The notes under the pieces are model-generated. The model was not told the DNA's origin. It searched no databases and saw only the letters and a program-made list of their open reading frames with translations. Shown piece by piece: positions 36,585-46,880 of a stretch of DNA of 64,000 nucleotides. The position numbers and the translations under genes are program-made. Source of the stretch: Spartobacteria bacterium. GTDB taxonomy: Bacteria > Verrucomicrobiota > Verrucomicrobiia > Chthoniobacterales > UBA6821. How positions within the stretch are numbered: position 1 is the stretch's first letter; every line of letters starts with the position of its first letter. Location: assembly GCA_947487385.1 (NCBI GenBank), contig CANKWU010000004.1, positions 26,061-90,060 on the forward strand, read 5' to 3'.

Positions 36585-37933
36585 ACTCCGGCGGCTTTGG
36601 CGATTCCCAGTGCGAAGCGAGCAAGGGTGCGCTCCTTACCGAGAATCTCGATCATCTCGTAGAGACCAGGGCCAATGCCCCTGCCGCTTACTGCCACGCG
36701 GGCGGGATGAACCATCTCACCGGTCTTGATGCCGAGTTTTGCCGTGGTCTCCTTGAGGGAGGCTTCCAGTGAGGCTGCATCCCAGTCGGGAAGAGCTGCG
36801 TAGGCTTCGGAGAGAGCCTGGAGGCGCTCAGCAGCTATAGCTCCTACCAACGACTTAGCGACCGCCGCCTCGTCGTAGGGAAACTCTTCCGTGAAGAAGC
36901 ACGCGACCCACTCGGGGAGATCCTTTAGGAGTTTTACCTTGGGTTTTACAATCGCGAGGACGCGCTCGAGAGATTCCCAGGTGGGCCAGGTAATGGCTGC
37001 CTTCTGGAGAAAGGGGATCGCCAGTTCGGCATAGCGGGCGAGATCCATGGAGAGGAGATACTGGCCATTGATCCAGAAACATTTGTCCAGGTCGAAGGCG
37101 GCATTGCGGCGGTTGACCTGATTGAGATCGAAGAGAGCGATGACCTCTTCTGTACTGATGATCTCGCGGTTCTCCTTCGGGGACCAGCCGAGCAGGCTGA
37201 GGTAGTTGCGGACGGCCTCCGGGGCATATCCTGCATCGGGGTAGGTGCTAAGGGCCGCGCCCTCATCCCGCTTGCTCATCTTGCTACCATCGCGGTTGAG
37301 AATAAGAGGCATGTGGGCGAATCGGGGAGGCTCCGCACCGAGAGCCTTGTAGAGTTCGACATGCTTGGGTGTGTTGGAGAGGTGATCCTCACCACGGATG
37401 ACATGGGAGATCTTCATCTCGATATCATCGACGACACTCACGAAGTGGAAGATCCAGGAGCCATCCGGACGTCGAAGCGTCAAATCGGGATGGGTTCCCG
37501 GATTGGTAAGATCAAATTCGATTTTTCCACAGATCTCGTCATCGACAATGACCTTCTCACGGGGTGAGCGGAAGCGGGTTGCTCCGTTGTCCTCATAGAG
37601 GTAGCCGGCTTTTTCGAGGCGCGAGAGGTACTCCTCGTAGATCGACCCGCGCTCGCTCTGATAATAGGGACCATAGTTGCCACCCTTCTGCGGACCCTCG
37701 TCCCAATCGAGTCCGAGCCAATGAAGTCCATCAAGGATTACCTGCTTGGCTTCCTCGGTATTGCGCGTGTGGTCGGTATCCTCGATACGAAGGACAAAGG
37801 TGCCGGCGTGTTTGCGCGCATAGATCCAGTTGAAGAGTGCAGTGCGTGCACCTCCGACATGAAGGAGGCCGGTGGGAGAGGGTGCGAATCGTGTACGGAC
37901 AGGTCGTTGAGACATGCCTCCATGAGAATTCAT
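36581..37933 (-). CDS. gltX: Glutamate--tRNA ligase
   Basis: RFAPSPTGLLHVGGARTALFNW (HIGH-type) and SKMSKR (KMSKS). The start may be Met-7 at 37915. Confidence 0.95.
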   Translation of the reverse strand: MNSHGGMSQRPVRTRFAPSPTGLLHVGGARTALFNWIYARKHAGTFVLRIEDTDHTRNTEEAKQVILDGLHWLGLDWDEGPQKGGNYGPYYQSERGSIYEEYLSRLEKAGYLYEDNGATRFRSPREKVIVDDEICGKIEFDLTNPGTHPDLTLRRPDGSWIFHFVSVVDDIEMKISHVIRGEDHLSNTPKHVELYKALGAEPPRFAHMPLILNRDGSKMSKRDEGAALSTYPDAGYAPEAVRNYLSLLGWSPKENREIISTEEVIALFDLNQVNRRNAAFDLDKCFWINGQYLLSMDLARYAELAIPFLQKAAITWPTWESLERVLAIVKPKVKLLKDLPEWVACFFTEEFPYDEAAVAKSLVGAIAAERLQALSEAYAALPDWDAASLEASLKETTAKLGIKTGEMVHPARVAVSGRGIGPGLYEMIEILGKERTLARFALGIAKAAGV

Positions 37934-38018
37934 TTACTGGGGCAACTCAAGCGCGTAGCTTCAGAGGTTCATCCAAGATGCTAATCACGACGCCAATCAA
38001 GCCAACCACGCCTATCCC

Positions 38019-38492
38019 ATGACACTCGCAGAACAAATCGATCACGACCTCAAGGAAGCCATGAAAGCCCGTGATGCCGCACGCCTCGCGACTCTCCGCA
38101 TGGTCAAGAGCGCTCTCAAGTACGCCGCCATCGAGAAATCCGGAGCTGATGCCGTGATCGACGACGAGACTGCTGTCTCTGTCCTGCGCAAGCAGATCAA
38201 GCAGCGGGAGGATGCCGCGGAGGGATTCGAGAAGGGGGGGCGACCCGACTCCGCCGCCAGTGAGAGGGCAGAGATCACCGTGCTCTCCGCCTATTTGCCT
38301 GCTGCCCTCTCCTCTGAGGAGCTGGAGAAGATTGTCACAGAAGCGATCGCCGAAGTCGGAGCCTCTCTGGGAACTCCGGATGGTGTTGGCAAAGCCCAGA
38401 TGGGTGCGGTCATGAAGGCTGCCCAGGCCAAGGCGGAAGGACGCGCCGATGGCAAGAGCCTGAGCGCTTTGGTCCAGAAACTTCTCTCTTAG
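38019..38492 (+). CDS. GatB/YqeY domain protein
   Basis: LKEAMKARDAARLATLRMVKSALKYAAIEK is a typical YqeY N-terminus. 157 aa. Confidence 0.85.
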   Translation: MTLAEQIDHDLKEAMKARDAARLATLRMVKSALKYAAIEKSGADAVIDDETAVSVLRKQIKQREDAAEGFEKGGRPDSAASERAEITVLSAYLPAALSSEELEKIVTEAIAEVGASLGTPDGVGKAQMGAVMKAAQAKAEGRADGKSLSALVQKLLS

Positions 38493-38523
38493 CCTCTACA
38501 TTCAACGATTTTTTTCTGCGTTC

Positions 38524-39231
38524 ATGGGTAGCACGTCTTTTTCTGAATGCGCTGCCATCGTTGTTGGAGGTGGCTCGGGAAGCCGCTTTGGCGGTGACAA
38601 GCTCGCGGTTCCCATTGCAGGGATTCCAGTGCTCGCCTGGACTCTCTTGGCCTTTGAGCAGACGCCGTCGATCAGCAGTATCGTGCTGGTTGCTCCCGTG
38701 GGACGTGAGGAGGAGTTCCGTGCGATTGCACATGATGCTGGAATCTCCAAGCTGACCTTTGTGGTGACGGGAGGCTCTTACCGCAAGGAGTCCGTCGAGA
38801 GAGGTCTGCAAGCCCTCTCCCCGAGTGTCGATCTGGTGGCTATCCATGATGCGGCCCGACCTCTGGTCACACCTTCCCTGATCACGCGTTGTCTAGAGGT
38901 AGCCCAAGCTTCTGAAGCGGGAGCCTCCGCGGCGGCTATTCCTGTCTCCGATACCCTGCATCAAGGCGATCAGGAAGGATGCGCGGTGAAGACCGTCGAT
39001 CGTACAGGGCTCTGGGCCATGCAGACTCCGCAGGTCTTTCGCGCCGCGCCGCTACGGAAGCTCTTGGCAGAGAAGACCCACGGCAAGCCAACCGACGAGG
39101 TCTCCGTCGCGCTGGCCGCCGGATGGAGGATTCCGTTCGTGGAGAATCGGGAACCGAATCTGAAAATCACCTGGCCGGCCGATCTTATGGTTGCCGAGGC
39201 ATTGCTCCATTCCAGAAAGCAAACACAGTGA
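38524..39231 (+). CDS. ispD: 2-C-methyl-D-erythritol 4-phosphate cytidylyltransferase
   Basis: AAIVVGGGSGSRFG and AIHDAARP motifs. 235 aa. Confidence 0.92.
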   Translation: MGSTSFSECAAIVVGGGSGSRFGGDKLAVPIAGIPVLAWTLLAFEQTPSISSIVLVAPVGREEEFRAIAHDAGISKLTFVVTGGSYRKESVERGLQALSPSVDLVAIHDAARPLVTPSLITRCLEVAQASEAGASAAAIPVSDTLHQGDQEGCAVKTVDRTGLWAMQTPQVFRAAPLRKLLAEKTHGKPTDEVSVALAAGWRIPFVENREPNLKITWPADLMVAEALLHSRKQTQ

Positions 39232-40520
39232 CACCTAAAATCACCCCGATCATCTCCATACTCCCCAACGGTCTCCGGGTGGCGACCCAGACTATGCCCT
39301 CTTCCCAGACCGTGGCGGTCGGGATTTGGTGCGGTGTTGGCGCGCGCCACGAGCCTGCCCGGATCGGAGGGATCTCCCATTTCCTGGAGCATCTGCTTTT
39401 CAAGGGAACAAAGACACGGAGCGCCCGTCGGATCAGCGAGGAAGTGGAGGGAGTTGGCGGCGATCTGAACGCCTATACCTCTGAAGAGCGCACTTGCTTC
39501 TATGCAGCGGCCTCCTCGGATCATTTGCAGAGGATCACGGGTGTTCTCTCCGACATGTATTGCAATTCGCTCATCAATCCCCGGGAAGTCGAGCGGGAGA
39601 GGGGAGTGATTGTCGAAGAGATCGAGATGATTCGTGACGAGTCTGCCCAGCATGTTCAGGAGCTTCTGACCGCGGAGACCTGGAAGGGCAGTTCTCTGAG
39701 CCGTCCCATCACAGGCACGAAGAAGAGCCTCTCGGCCATTTCGCGCAAGGATCTCGTGAATCACCTCCATGGCAACTACCATGCAGGCCGCACCATTGTT
39801 ACCGCGGCGGGAGCGGTTGATCACGAGGAGTTCGTGAAGTTGGTCTCCTCCGGTTTCCTGATGAAACTCCCAGGCAATCCAACAGGCCCCTCTCACTCCT
39901 CCGTATCCGCACCTCCCCGTCAAGGAGCTCCCCGTCTGGTGATCGAGTCGCGCGAGAATCAGCAGACCCAGATCGCCCTCTCCTTCCGGGGAGTTGGTTC
40001 GCACGATCCGAAGCGCTATGCGGTTAGTCTGCTCCATGTGATCCTTGGCGGCAACATGAGTTCGCGTTTGTTCCAAGAGTTGCGTGAGCGTCGCGGGCTC
40101 TGCTATTCGATCGGCACCTCCCTCTCGACTCATTCCGACTGCGGGGCCTTCGAGATCGCTCTAGGACTCGATGGCAAAAATGTCGTGAAGGCTCTTAAGC
40201 TCATCCTGTCCGAGTGTGCTCGGATTGCCGCGAAAGCCCCCTCCATTGCCGAGCTCCGCCGGGCCTGCGACTACTCTATCGGCACCAGTCGGATGGCCCT
40301 CGAGCGCGCCGCCACTCAAAACTACCGCCTGGGCACCTCACTCCTGAACTACGGCAAGGTGGTTTCTCCTGAGTCGGTCTATGACCGGCTGGCAAAGGTT
40401 ACACCTGCCGACATTCAGGGCGTGGCGCAGAAGATTCTTCAGAATCGCACACTTTGCCTCGCCATGGTCGGCCAAGGTCCCGGAGAGAAAGAGTTGATGG
40501 ATTTGATTCGATCGGCATAG
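39228..40520 (+). CDS. M16-family (pitrilysin-like) zinc peptidase
   Basis: HFLEHLLFKGT (HxxEH). GTG 39228 overlaps the ispD stop (GTGA). The longer ORF from 38979 lies inside ispD and is rejected. Confidence 0.85.
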   Translation: MTPKITPIISILPNGLRVATQTMPSSQTVAVGIWCGVGARHEPARIGGISHFLEHLLFKGTKTRSARRISEEVEGVGGDLNAYTSEERTCFYAAASSDHLQRITGVLSDMYCNSLINPREVERERGVIVEEIEMIRDESAQHVQELLTAETWKGSSLSRPITGTKKSLSAISRKDLVNHLHGNYHAGRTIVTAAGAVDHEEFVKLVSSGFLMKLPGNPTGPSHSSVSAPPRQGAPRLVIESRENQQTQIALSFRGVGSHDPKRYAVSLLHVILGGNMSSRLFQELRERRGLCYSIGTSLSTHSDCGAFEIALGLDGKNVVKALKLILSECARIAAKAPSIAELRRACDYSIGTSRMALERAATQNYRLGTSLLNYGKVVSPESVYDRLAKVTPADIQGVAQKILQNRTLCLAMVGQGPGEKELMDLIRSA

Positions 40521-40692
40521 GAAGCAATTCTAAGCGAAGGTTTTTAGGCTGCGGGTTACGGGCTGAATCTGGCAGGTAGTCAGGCAAGTTGCTGAGGCTT
40601 TTAGAATCCGATGATCGTCAGTCTTTGGAAGAACATCTGTCAGAACTTGAAAAAAAGTGACTCACCTTAGAAAAAGCTGATAATCACAACCC

Positions 40693-42099
40693 ATGAAATG
40701 CCCCCTCCTACTCCTTTTCGCTGTGCTGCTAGCACCGCTGGCCTCCCTTGCCGCCGACGCGATGAAGTCAGAGTCAGTGGCCAAGCCCAATATCATCTTC
40801 ATCCTAACCGACGACCAGAAGAGGGACGCCCTTGGCTGCATGGGCAACACCAATATTCTGACGCCGAATATCGACCGGTTGGCCAAGAACGGGGTGCTTT
40901 TTGAGAACAACTTTGTCACCACGTCAATCTGCGTTTGCAGCAGGGCCTCGATTTTAACAGGTCAGTACATGCGGCGACACGGGATTGAAGATTTTGAAAA
41001 ACCATTCAAGGAGGCTCAATGGAAGGAGACTTATCCCGCGCTTTTAAGACAAAACGGTTATTATACCGGATTCATCGGTAAATTCGGAGTCGGCAATGAT
41101 AAAGCCGTCAATGCCATGGCTGACAAGTTTGACTACTGGAAAGGGGTTCCCGGACAAGGCGGAAAATACTTCATCGATCCAAAGGACCACAACCGGGTGC
41201 ACGAAACAGCCAAATTTGGACAGGATTCCCTGGAGTTCCTCCGAGGCACGCCGACCAACCGTCCTTTCTGTCTTTCGATCAGCTTCACTGCACCTCACGC
41301 CCGTGATGACATGCCTCATTTAGAGCAGTTTCAACCCGACGATCGCGATCTTACGCTTTACAAGGAGACGCCACTTCCGGTCTCTGCGACGAGTAATCCC
41401 GAGTATTTTGCAAAGCTCCCTGTATCGGTTCAGAATTCCGTGGGTCATGAACGCTGGCTCTGGAGGTTTGACACAGCGGACCATTACCAGAGCAGTGCCA
41501 AGAACTACTATCGACTGATCACCGGCATCGACCGCGAAGTCGGACGCATCACGGAAGAGTTGAAGAAGAGAGGCTTGGAGAAAAACACGGTGATCATCTT
41601 CACCTCGGACAACGGCTATTTCCTTGGTGACCGGCAACTTTCTGACAAATTCTTCATGTATGAGGAGTCGCTGCGTGTTCCTTTGATTGTATGTGACCCG
41701 AGAGAATCCCGGAAAGACAACGGCAGGAGAGAGAAGGCCATGACGCTGAATATTGACTTGGCCCCGACCATGCTAGCACTCGCGGGAATAAAAGAGCCTC
41801 AGTCGATGCAAGGGCAAAGCCTTGTTCCGCTGCTAGAAAACAAACATCCCAAGGATTGGCGCACGGAGTTTTTCTACGAACACCACACCCACCCGAAGAT
41901 CATTCCACCTAGCGAGGGAGTTCGTACCGGTCGCTGGGTGTACATTCGGTGGATCAACGAAAACCCGGTCTTGGAGGAACTTTTCGACCTCAAGAGCGAT
42001 TTACTCGAAGCTCATAATGTCGCGGGGGATGTCGCGAATAGAAAAATCCTATCTCAGCTTCAGGCGAAGTGGTCCAAATACCAGGCCGATTTGAAATAA
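40693..42099 (+). CDS. Sulfatase (S1 family) with variant active-site motif C-V-C-S-R
   Basis: Signal peptide, PNIIFILTDDQ, and the active-site segment TTSICVCSRASILTG at 40921-40962. Confidence 0.9.
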   Translation: MKCPLLLLFAVLLAPLASLAADAMKSESVAKPNIIFILTDDQKRDALGCMGNTNILTPNIDRLAKNGVLFENNFVTTSICVCSRASILTGQYMRRHGIEDFEKPFKEAQWKETYPALLRQNGYYTGFIGKFGVGNDKAVNAMADKFDYWKGVPGQGGKYFIDPKDHNRVHETAKFGQDSLEFLRGTPTNRPFCLSISFTAPHARDDMPHLEQFQPDDRDLTLYKETPLPVSATSNPEYFAKLPVSVQNSVGHERWLWRFDTADHYQSSAKNYYRLITGIDREVGRITEELKKRGLEKNTVIIFTSDNGYFLGDRQLSDKFFMYEESLRVPLIVCDPRESRKDNGRREKAMTLNIDLAPTMLALAGIKEPQSMQGQSLVPLLENKHPKDWRTEFFYEHHTHPKIIPPSEGVRTGRWVYIRWINENPVLEELFDLKSDLLEAHNVAGDVANRKILSQLQAKWSKYQADLK

Positions 42100-42186
42100 G
42101 ACCAGCCTTGACGGTACTCGGAAAGCTGGACCACAGGAGAGTTATTCTTCGAAACGTGACATCGCTGATTCTTTTTCGACGAAAAA

Positions 42187-43437
42187 TTATTTGCTGACGT
42201 TCTTTCTCCAGTCGGCATCACTTATGACGGCGCGGAAGCCGGTATTGAGTAAGCCGCTATCGGGGGAGGTCTTCATCCGAGCGGCGGGACGGTAACTCGC
42301 GCAATATCCTGCATTGCAGAGAAAGGACCCTCCACGAGTGACGCGCTTCGGGTTAAATGGCTCATCCGGATCATGGCTGTCCGGAGGCCCTAGCGGGTTG
42401 AGTGTGGGCTTCCGACCGCTTTTCCGGAGATCGGTGGCATAGGTGTCGTCACGGTACCAGTCAGCGCACCATTCCCAGACATTGCCGATCATATTGTAGA
42501 GTCCGTAGCCGTTGGCTTGGAAAGAACGGGACGGAGCACTCAGAATGTAGCCGTCGAGTGGCTTCTTCTCGTAGGGAAAGCCACCCTGCCAGAGATTTGC
42601 AGGAAGAAAGTTGTCAGAGGGAGGCTTCTCACCCCAGATGAATCGTCTGGCCAGGCCGCCCCCGAGGCTGGCGTATTCCCACTCGGCTTCACTGGGGAGA
42701 CGCTTCCCTGCCCATTTGCAGTAAGCAACGGCATCATACCAGGAGACATGGACAACGGGATAATCGTTATCCTTGGTGGTGAGGAAACTCCCGGGGCCTA
42801 GGGGGTGCTGCCAGTTGGCACCGGGCATCCAGTGCCACCACTGGGAAGGGTCATCCAGCGACACAGGGCCATCGGTCGGTACAAAGACAAGCGAACCCGG
42901 AACAAGGACCTCGTCGGGCGGCTTTGGGGTGCCGGGAGGCAGGGTCTTCTTTAACTCCTCCCAGTCGGGTTTGCGTTCAGCGGTGGTGAGGTATCCAGAC
43001 GCCTTCACAAAGTTGCGGAACTGCTGATTGGTAACGACGGTCTCGTCCATCCAGAAGCCTTTAACCCTGACAGGGTGGACGGGAAATTCATCGGGACGTG
43101 CCTCGGGGCCAACTCCTCCCATCTGGAACTCGCCGGCAGGGATCCAGACCATGCCCGCCGGCCATGGCTTATGAGGCCATTTCGAGGTGTCGGGACCTTT
43201 GGACACAACTTGTTCGCTCTCTTTTTTGGGGAGGGGAGTCAGTTGTGCCGATGCGGTGGTTCTGCTGCCAGCAAGCATCTCAGCCATTCGAGAGGAGGGT
43301 GTGTGACAGCAACTACCCCCGGTATTCGTATCTGAAATGGCTGGAGCATCGACACCGGAAAACAGGTTTGGCGATATAGAGAGAACAACAAGCAGTGTGA
43401 CAATGATGCTTCTCAAACGCCTTCTCATGGATTCCAC
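42187..43437 (-). CDS. Formylglycine-generating enzyme family protein (SUMF1-like), exported
   Basis: Signal peptide, VTNQQFRNFV, and RGGSFLCNAGYCASYRPAARM with the paired cysteines of genuine FGEs. Confidence 0.9.
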   Translation of the reverse strand: MESMRRRLRSIIVTLLVVLSISPNLFSGVDAPAISDTNTGGSCCHTPSSRMAEMLAGSRTTASAQLTPLPKKESEQVVSKGPDTSKWPHKPWPAGMVWIPAGEFQMGGVGPEARPDEFPVHPVRVKGFWMDETVVTNQQFRNFVKASGYLTTAERKPDWEELKKTLPPGTPKPPDEVLVPGSLVFVPTDGPVSLDDPSQWWHWMPGANWQHPLGPGSFLTTKDNDYPVVHVSWYDAVAYCKWAGKRLPSEAEWEYASLGGGLARRFIWGEKPPSDNFLPANLWQGGFPYEKKPLDGYILSAPSRSFQANGYGLYNMIGNVWEWCADWYRDDTYATDLRKSGRKPTLNPLGPPDSHDPDEPFNPKRVTRGGSFLCNAGYCASYRPAARMKTSPDSGLLNTGFRAVISDADWRKNVSK

Positions 43438-43615
43438 TCCTCAGCCATAAGGCCTTCGCCTCGCTTGCACAAGAATCACTCTCCATAATGTTTTTCTTCT
43501 TTCTCTTTCAGGGACAGGGAACCGCGATGGATAAAAAATTAAAATCCCACCCTTTATTTTCCTATGGTGTATGTCCTAAGCTAAGACCCTCGTCATCGTT
43601 GTCCCTCCAAAACCC

Positions 43616-45604
43616 ATGAAATCCCTTCTCGTGGCCGCACGACTTACCGTCTTAGGCTTCTTCCTCCTTCCCCTAGCGATTCTTTTTTCCTTTCCTCTGC
43701 AGGCCAAGGGAGCCACGGAGACCAACGCCATCACCCTGTCCTTAGCCAACGGATCCTCACTCACCTTTGAGTCCATCGAGAGGGATGGGGCGAAACTGAA
43801 ATGCAAAAGCTCCACCGGTGTCATGGAGTATGATGCGGAGACGCTGTCTCCTGAGGAGAGGTCAAAGTATTTCCCGGAAATCCAGCCTGCCCCCGCCCCT
43901 ACGCCTGCCTCATCCCCTGTAGCAGAATCCACGAACGCAGCTGCTGCGGCTTCCCCCTCTGCAAATCCGGAGGCATCACCTGTGGCCACGGCAGCAGTCG
44001 TCTCGAAGCCAACTTCACTCACCATCTATGCGATCTGGGAGTCCATCATGAATCCACGCACTAGTGAGAAGGAGATCCGCGAGATGATGGATAATCTGGT
44101 CAACCAATTCGGCCAGGGGAATGCGTGGTACCACCCAGGGATTGCCTTCATCTATGCAAATCCGAAGCGCCTAGAACTCGCAGCCAGTATTGCCAAGGAG
44201 AAGGGGGTCTCACTCGGGCCGATCATCGCCACTCAACCGCATTCTCAAGGAGGGTGGGGCTGGCATAACCTCAGGAAGGATCTTCGCAACTTTCAATGGC
44301 GGATGAATACATCCCACTGGGAGGGATACTACATTCCCTCATTCTTCTCTGATACGAATAAACCAGCCCCTGCATTCTCAGATCAGACGATCGGCCGTGA
44401 CTTCCGGGTGCCGAGCCCCTCGCGCTACGCGCCTCTGAGTAGGGAATTCTTCACCTCGGAAACCCGTAGAAAGGCGCAGGAAATCCGCAAGGTCATGGAA
44501 AAGTACCCCGGGGTCATCACCTGCATCAATGGCCTGATCGAGGTGGAGCTTGCGGTGGCAGCCTCCTCGACCAAGAAATATCCCGAGACCGCTGATTACC
44601 TGGCGGATTATTCGCCGTTTGCCGTCAAGGAGTTCCAAGATTGGCTGAGGCATCGCGGAGATTATAATGATCAGGTCGGTCTCTACGCGGGTCAGGGTGC
44701 CCCGGAGTCGATCACGGGGCCCTTGGTAGAATGGAAGGGCAAGAAGTATAGCCCCTTTTACTTCGATAAAAGTCCCGATTCCCATCATGGAGAGGGGGAG
44801 AGCTTCAACAAACGCTTCGGAACGGCCTTCACCACGTGGAATCTGAAATACTGGGATACGGAGCTCTTTCCGAAGCCGATCACCGACGTGAAATTCAACC
44901 CGATGCCGAAGAGCGGGGAGCCGGGATATACGGAGGGGGGATTCGATGCTCCGCGTCATCCGGATCGATCCCCCTGGTGGCGTGCCTGGAGCTGGGACTA
45001 TTTTGATGAAGGAAAACAATATCCTCCTGGAAATCCCTCCAATCCGGCCTTCGGATTCCGCCAGCAGGAGGTGGCCCACTATGTGCGGGATATGTTCGAC
45101 GTGATGGCGGAGACAGGCCTGCCGAGGGAGATGCTCTACGCACACCAGATTCCAGATGAAAAGGTGGATGGGCCACGCAGCCTCAGCGGTGCGACACCTA
45201 CCTGGACCGGCTACCTGCCGAAGAGCGGAACGGTGGGGGTTACCTCGTTCGGATGGATGGATCCCAAGCTGGTGCTGCAATATGCCAACCTCACCCCGGA
45301 TAATCACGGCTGGGGAATCTTCGAATGGCATCCTCTCCCGCACGCCGCACCTGATTCCATGAAACTCTATGACACGGCGCTTAAGGAGCTCCTGATCTAT
45401 TCACGCAACAACTGCCATCATCTCTTTGCTGGCTGGTGGGAAAATAAGGACTCGAAAAGCGCCAACCGCACGATCTTTCCCCTGAACGACAGCAAGTTCG
45501 CGGAGGCGATCAAGACCTTCATGCAGTCGACTCCGGATAACCCTCCCCCGATGCCCACGGGGGTCCTCCAGGATAAAGAGCGCAATGATCATCTGATCAA
45601 TTGA
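43616..45604 (+). CDS. Hypothetical exported protein (662 aa)
   Basis: Signal peptide, a Pro/Ala-rich linker, then a large Trp/Tyr-rich domain with no motif I can name. The hairpin GGCGGGT-TTC-ACCCGCC (45612-45628) lies just after the stop. Confidence 0.6.
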   Translation: MKSLLVAARLTVLGFFLLPLAILFSFPLQAKGATETNAITLSLANGSSLTFESIERDGAKLKCKSSTGVMEYDAETLSPEERSKYFPEIQPAPAPTPASSPVAESTNAAAAASPSANPEASPVATAAVVSKPTSLTIYAIWESIMNPRTSEKEIREMMDNLVNQFGQGNAWYHPGIAFIYANPKRLELAASIAKEKGVSLGPIIATQPHSQGGWGWHNLRKDLRNFQWRMNTSHWEGYYIPSFFSDTNKPAPAFSDQTIGRDFRVPSPSRYAPLSREFFTSETRRKAQEIRKVMEKYPGVITCINGLIEVELAVAASSTKKYPETADYLADYSPFAVKEFQDWLRHRGDYNDQVGLYAGQGAPESITGPLVEWKGKKYSPFYFDKSPDSHHGEGESFNKRFGTAFTTWNLKYWDTELFPKPITDVKFNPMPKSGEPGYTEGGFDAPRHPDRSPWWRAWSWDYFDEGKQYPPGNPSNPAFGFRQQEVAHYVRDMFDVMAETGLPREMLYAHQIPDEKVDGPRSLSGATPTWTGYLPKSGTVGVTSFGWMDPKLVLQYANLTPDNHGWGIFEWHPLPHAAPDSMKLYDTALKELLIYSRNNCHHLFAGWWENKDSKSANRTIFPLNDSKFAEAIKTFMQSTPDNPPPMPTGVLQDKERNDHLIN

Positions 45605-45748
45605 GGGGGGAGGCGGGTTTCACCCGCCGCGAATGCTTGCTAAGAGTGTTGGTGTTTTGGTTCTTGGTCAATAGCAGGAAGATTGGGGTAGCAGGCAACG
45701 GAGAGGAATGGGAGGGAGCCCCTGAAGCGGAGTTGCCTGCTTGGCGAT

Positions 45749-46671
45749 TTATGCCGCCTCCTTCATGGTTTCAGGGGTACTGGGCAAGATGGGGATAAGG
45801 CTGTCTGTTTCGGGGGTGAGATGTCCCATCAAGAGCCTTGCGAAGTAGACTTCTAGGGTTCCATTCCGCAGGGGTTTAAGACCCACATCCCCTCCGTGAA
45901 GAGCTGTGGAGAGAAAGACTAACTGGTTCTCAAAGCAGATTTCGCCGGTCCTTTTGACCCTTTGGGTCACGAGCCCCTCGTAGTCGAGTTGATCAGGCGT
46001 TCCCTCCCACTTTTTCGTTGATGGTTCATAGACCTCGGAGGGCATCTTCATGCCCAAGGACTCGTGATGACGTTCCTCGTTAAACTCTCGCTTCCAGACC
46101 ATCTAGAGCAGCCTGACGATCTCAGTAGCAGGTACCCTCCAGCTCCTGGCTGATGTCCTTATGCATCCTCTCATGTCCCCTATTATCCTGTGGGTGGGCG
46201 GGACGACCACGTAGTAAAACGATCCCAAGAGCTACCCACCAGGCAGAGAGCCTGGAGAGTCCCATTAATGCTGCGGGAACTCGAGAAGGGTGCGCCGTTG
46301 TCACTGCGGATGGCCTGGGGGAGTCCATAATGCTCAAAGAGCCTCTTAAGGCTGCTCTCACTTGGCGCTTCCCCATGCTTCCTTTGATAGATCTCCTGCA
46401 ACTTGCGCGCTCCCCAGCGCTTGTGACGCACCCGTAATAATACGATCCGGCATACCTCCTCTTCGCTAAGTGCATTGGGAGTACTCTTGCGGCGGCGACT
46501 GTGTTCCTCCATTCGCCTCATTCCTTCTTCTAGAAGGCGACTCTTCCACTTATAGCCCACCCGTGGGCTGATCCCATACTCTTTGCACAAGGCTCGAAAG
46601 TTGTCTGTTTGCAGCGCTCGAAGCGCAAACTCTCTTCTCTGGCTCATGAGGTCTAGGTGTTGCCACTGCAT
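45749..46671 (-). pseudogene. Degraded IS481-family (rve/DDE) transposase
   Basis: Homologous pieces lie in three reading frames. 46183-46671 carries the HTH N-terminus joined directly to GLPQAIRSDNGAPF. 46122-46475 carries LSRLSAWWVALGI...HPQDNRGHERMH. 45749-46102 carries WKREFNEERHHESLG. This implies an internal deletion of the first catalytic region plus frameshifts. Confidence 0.8.
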
Positions 46672-46700
46672 AGCCCCTTACCCTGCCAGTAAGAGCCCCA

Positions 46701-46749
46701 AGGTGTTACCTATATCCTGAACCTAAAGTGTTACCCATGTCTTGAACCT
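46701..46749. repeat. Tandem 24/25-bp direct repeat next to the transposase 5' end
   Basis: AGGTGTTACCTATATCCTGAACCT (46701-46724) and AAGTGTTACCCATGTCTTGAACCT (46726-46749) match at 20/24 positions. Plausibly subterminal transposase-binding repeats. Confidence 0.7.
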
Positions 46750-46880
46750 GCACCACCGCTCAGGAAGTCGACATCCAGTGCGAAGATTGTGATTACTTCT
46801 TGCCATGAAGTATCCGTCGGGGCATTCTTCTCAACCACTTTAGAAAAATTTTAGACTAATTTCCGGCCACACTTCCTGTC

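Noticed and set aside
38979-39227. Upstream 83-codon extension of the M16 peptidase ORF
   Set aside because: It lies inside ispD in another frame. The conserved peptidase sequence begins right after GTG 39228, which overlaps the ispD stop.
38970-40133. 387-aa ORF on the minus strand
   Set aside because: It is antisense to ispD and the M16 peptidase, both strongly supported, and has no motif of its own. Shadow ORF.
42187-43437. FGE-fold protein as a possible diversity-generating retroelement target
   Set aside because: The C-terminus has the canonical FGE Cys pair and is not Asn/AAC-rich. No reverse transcriptase and no template or variable repeat pair is present in the window. The adjacent sulfatase explains its presence.
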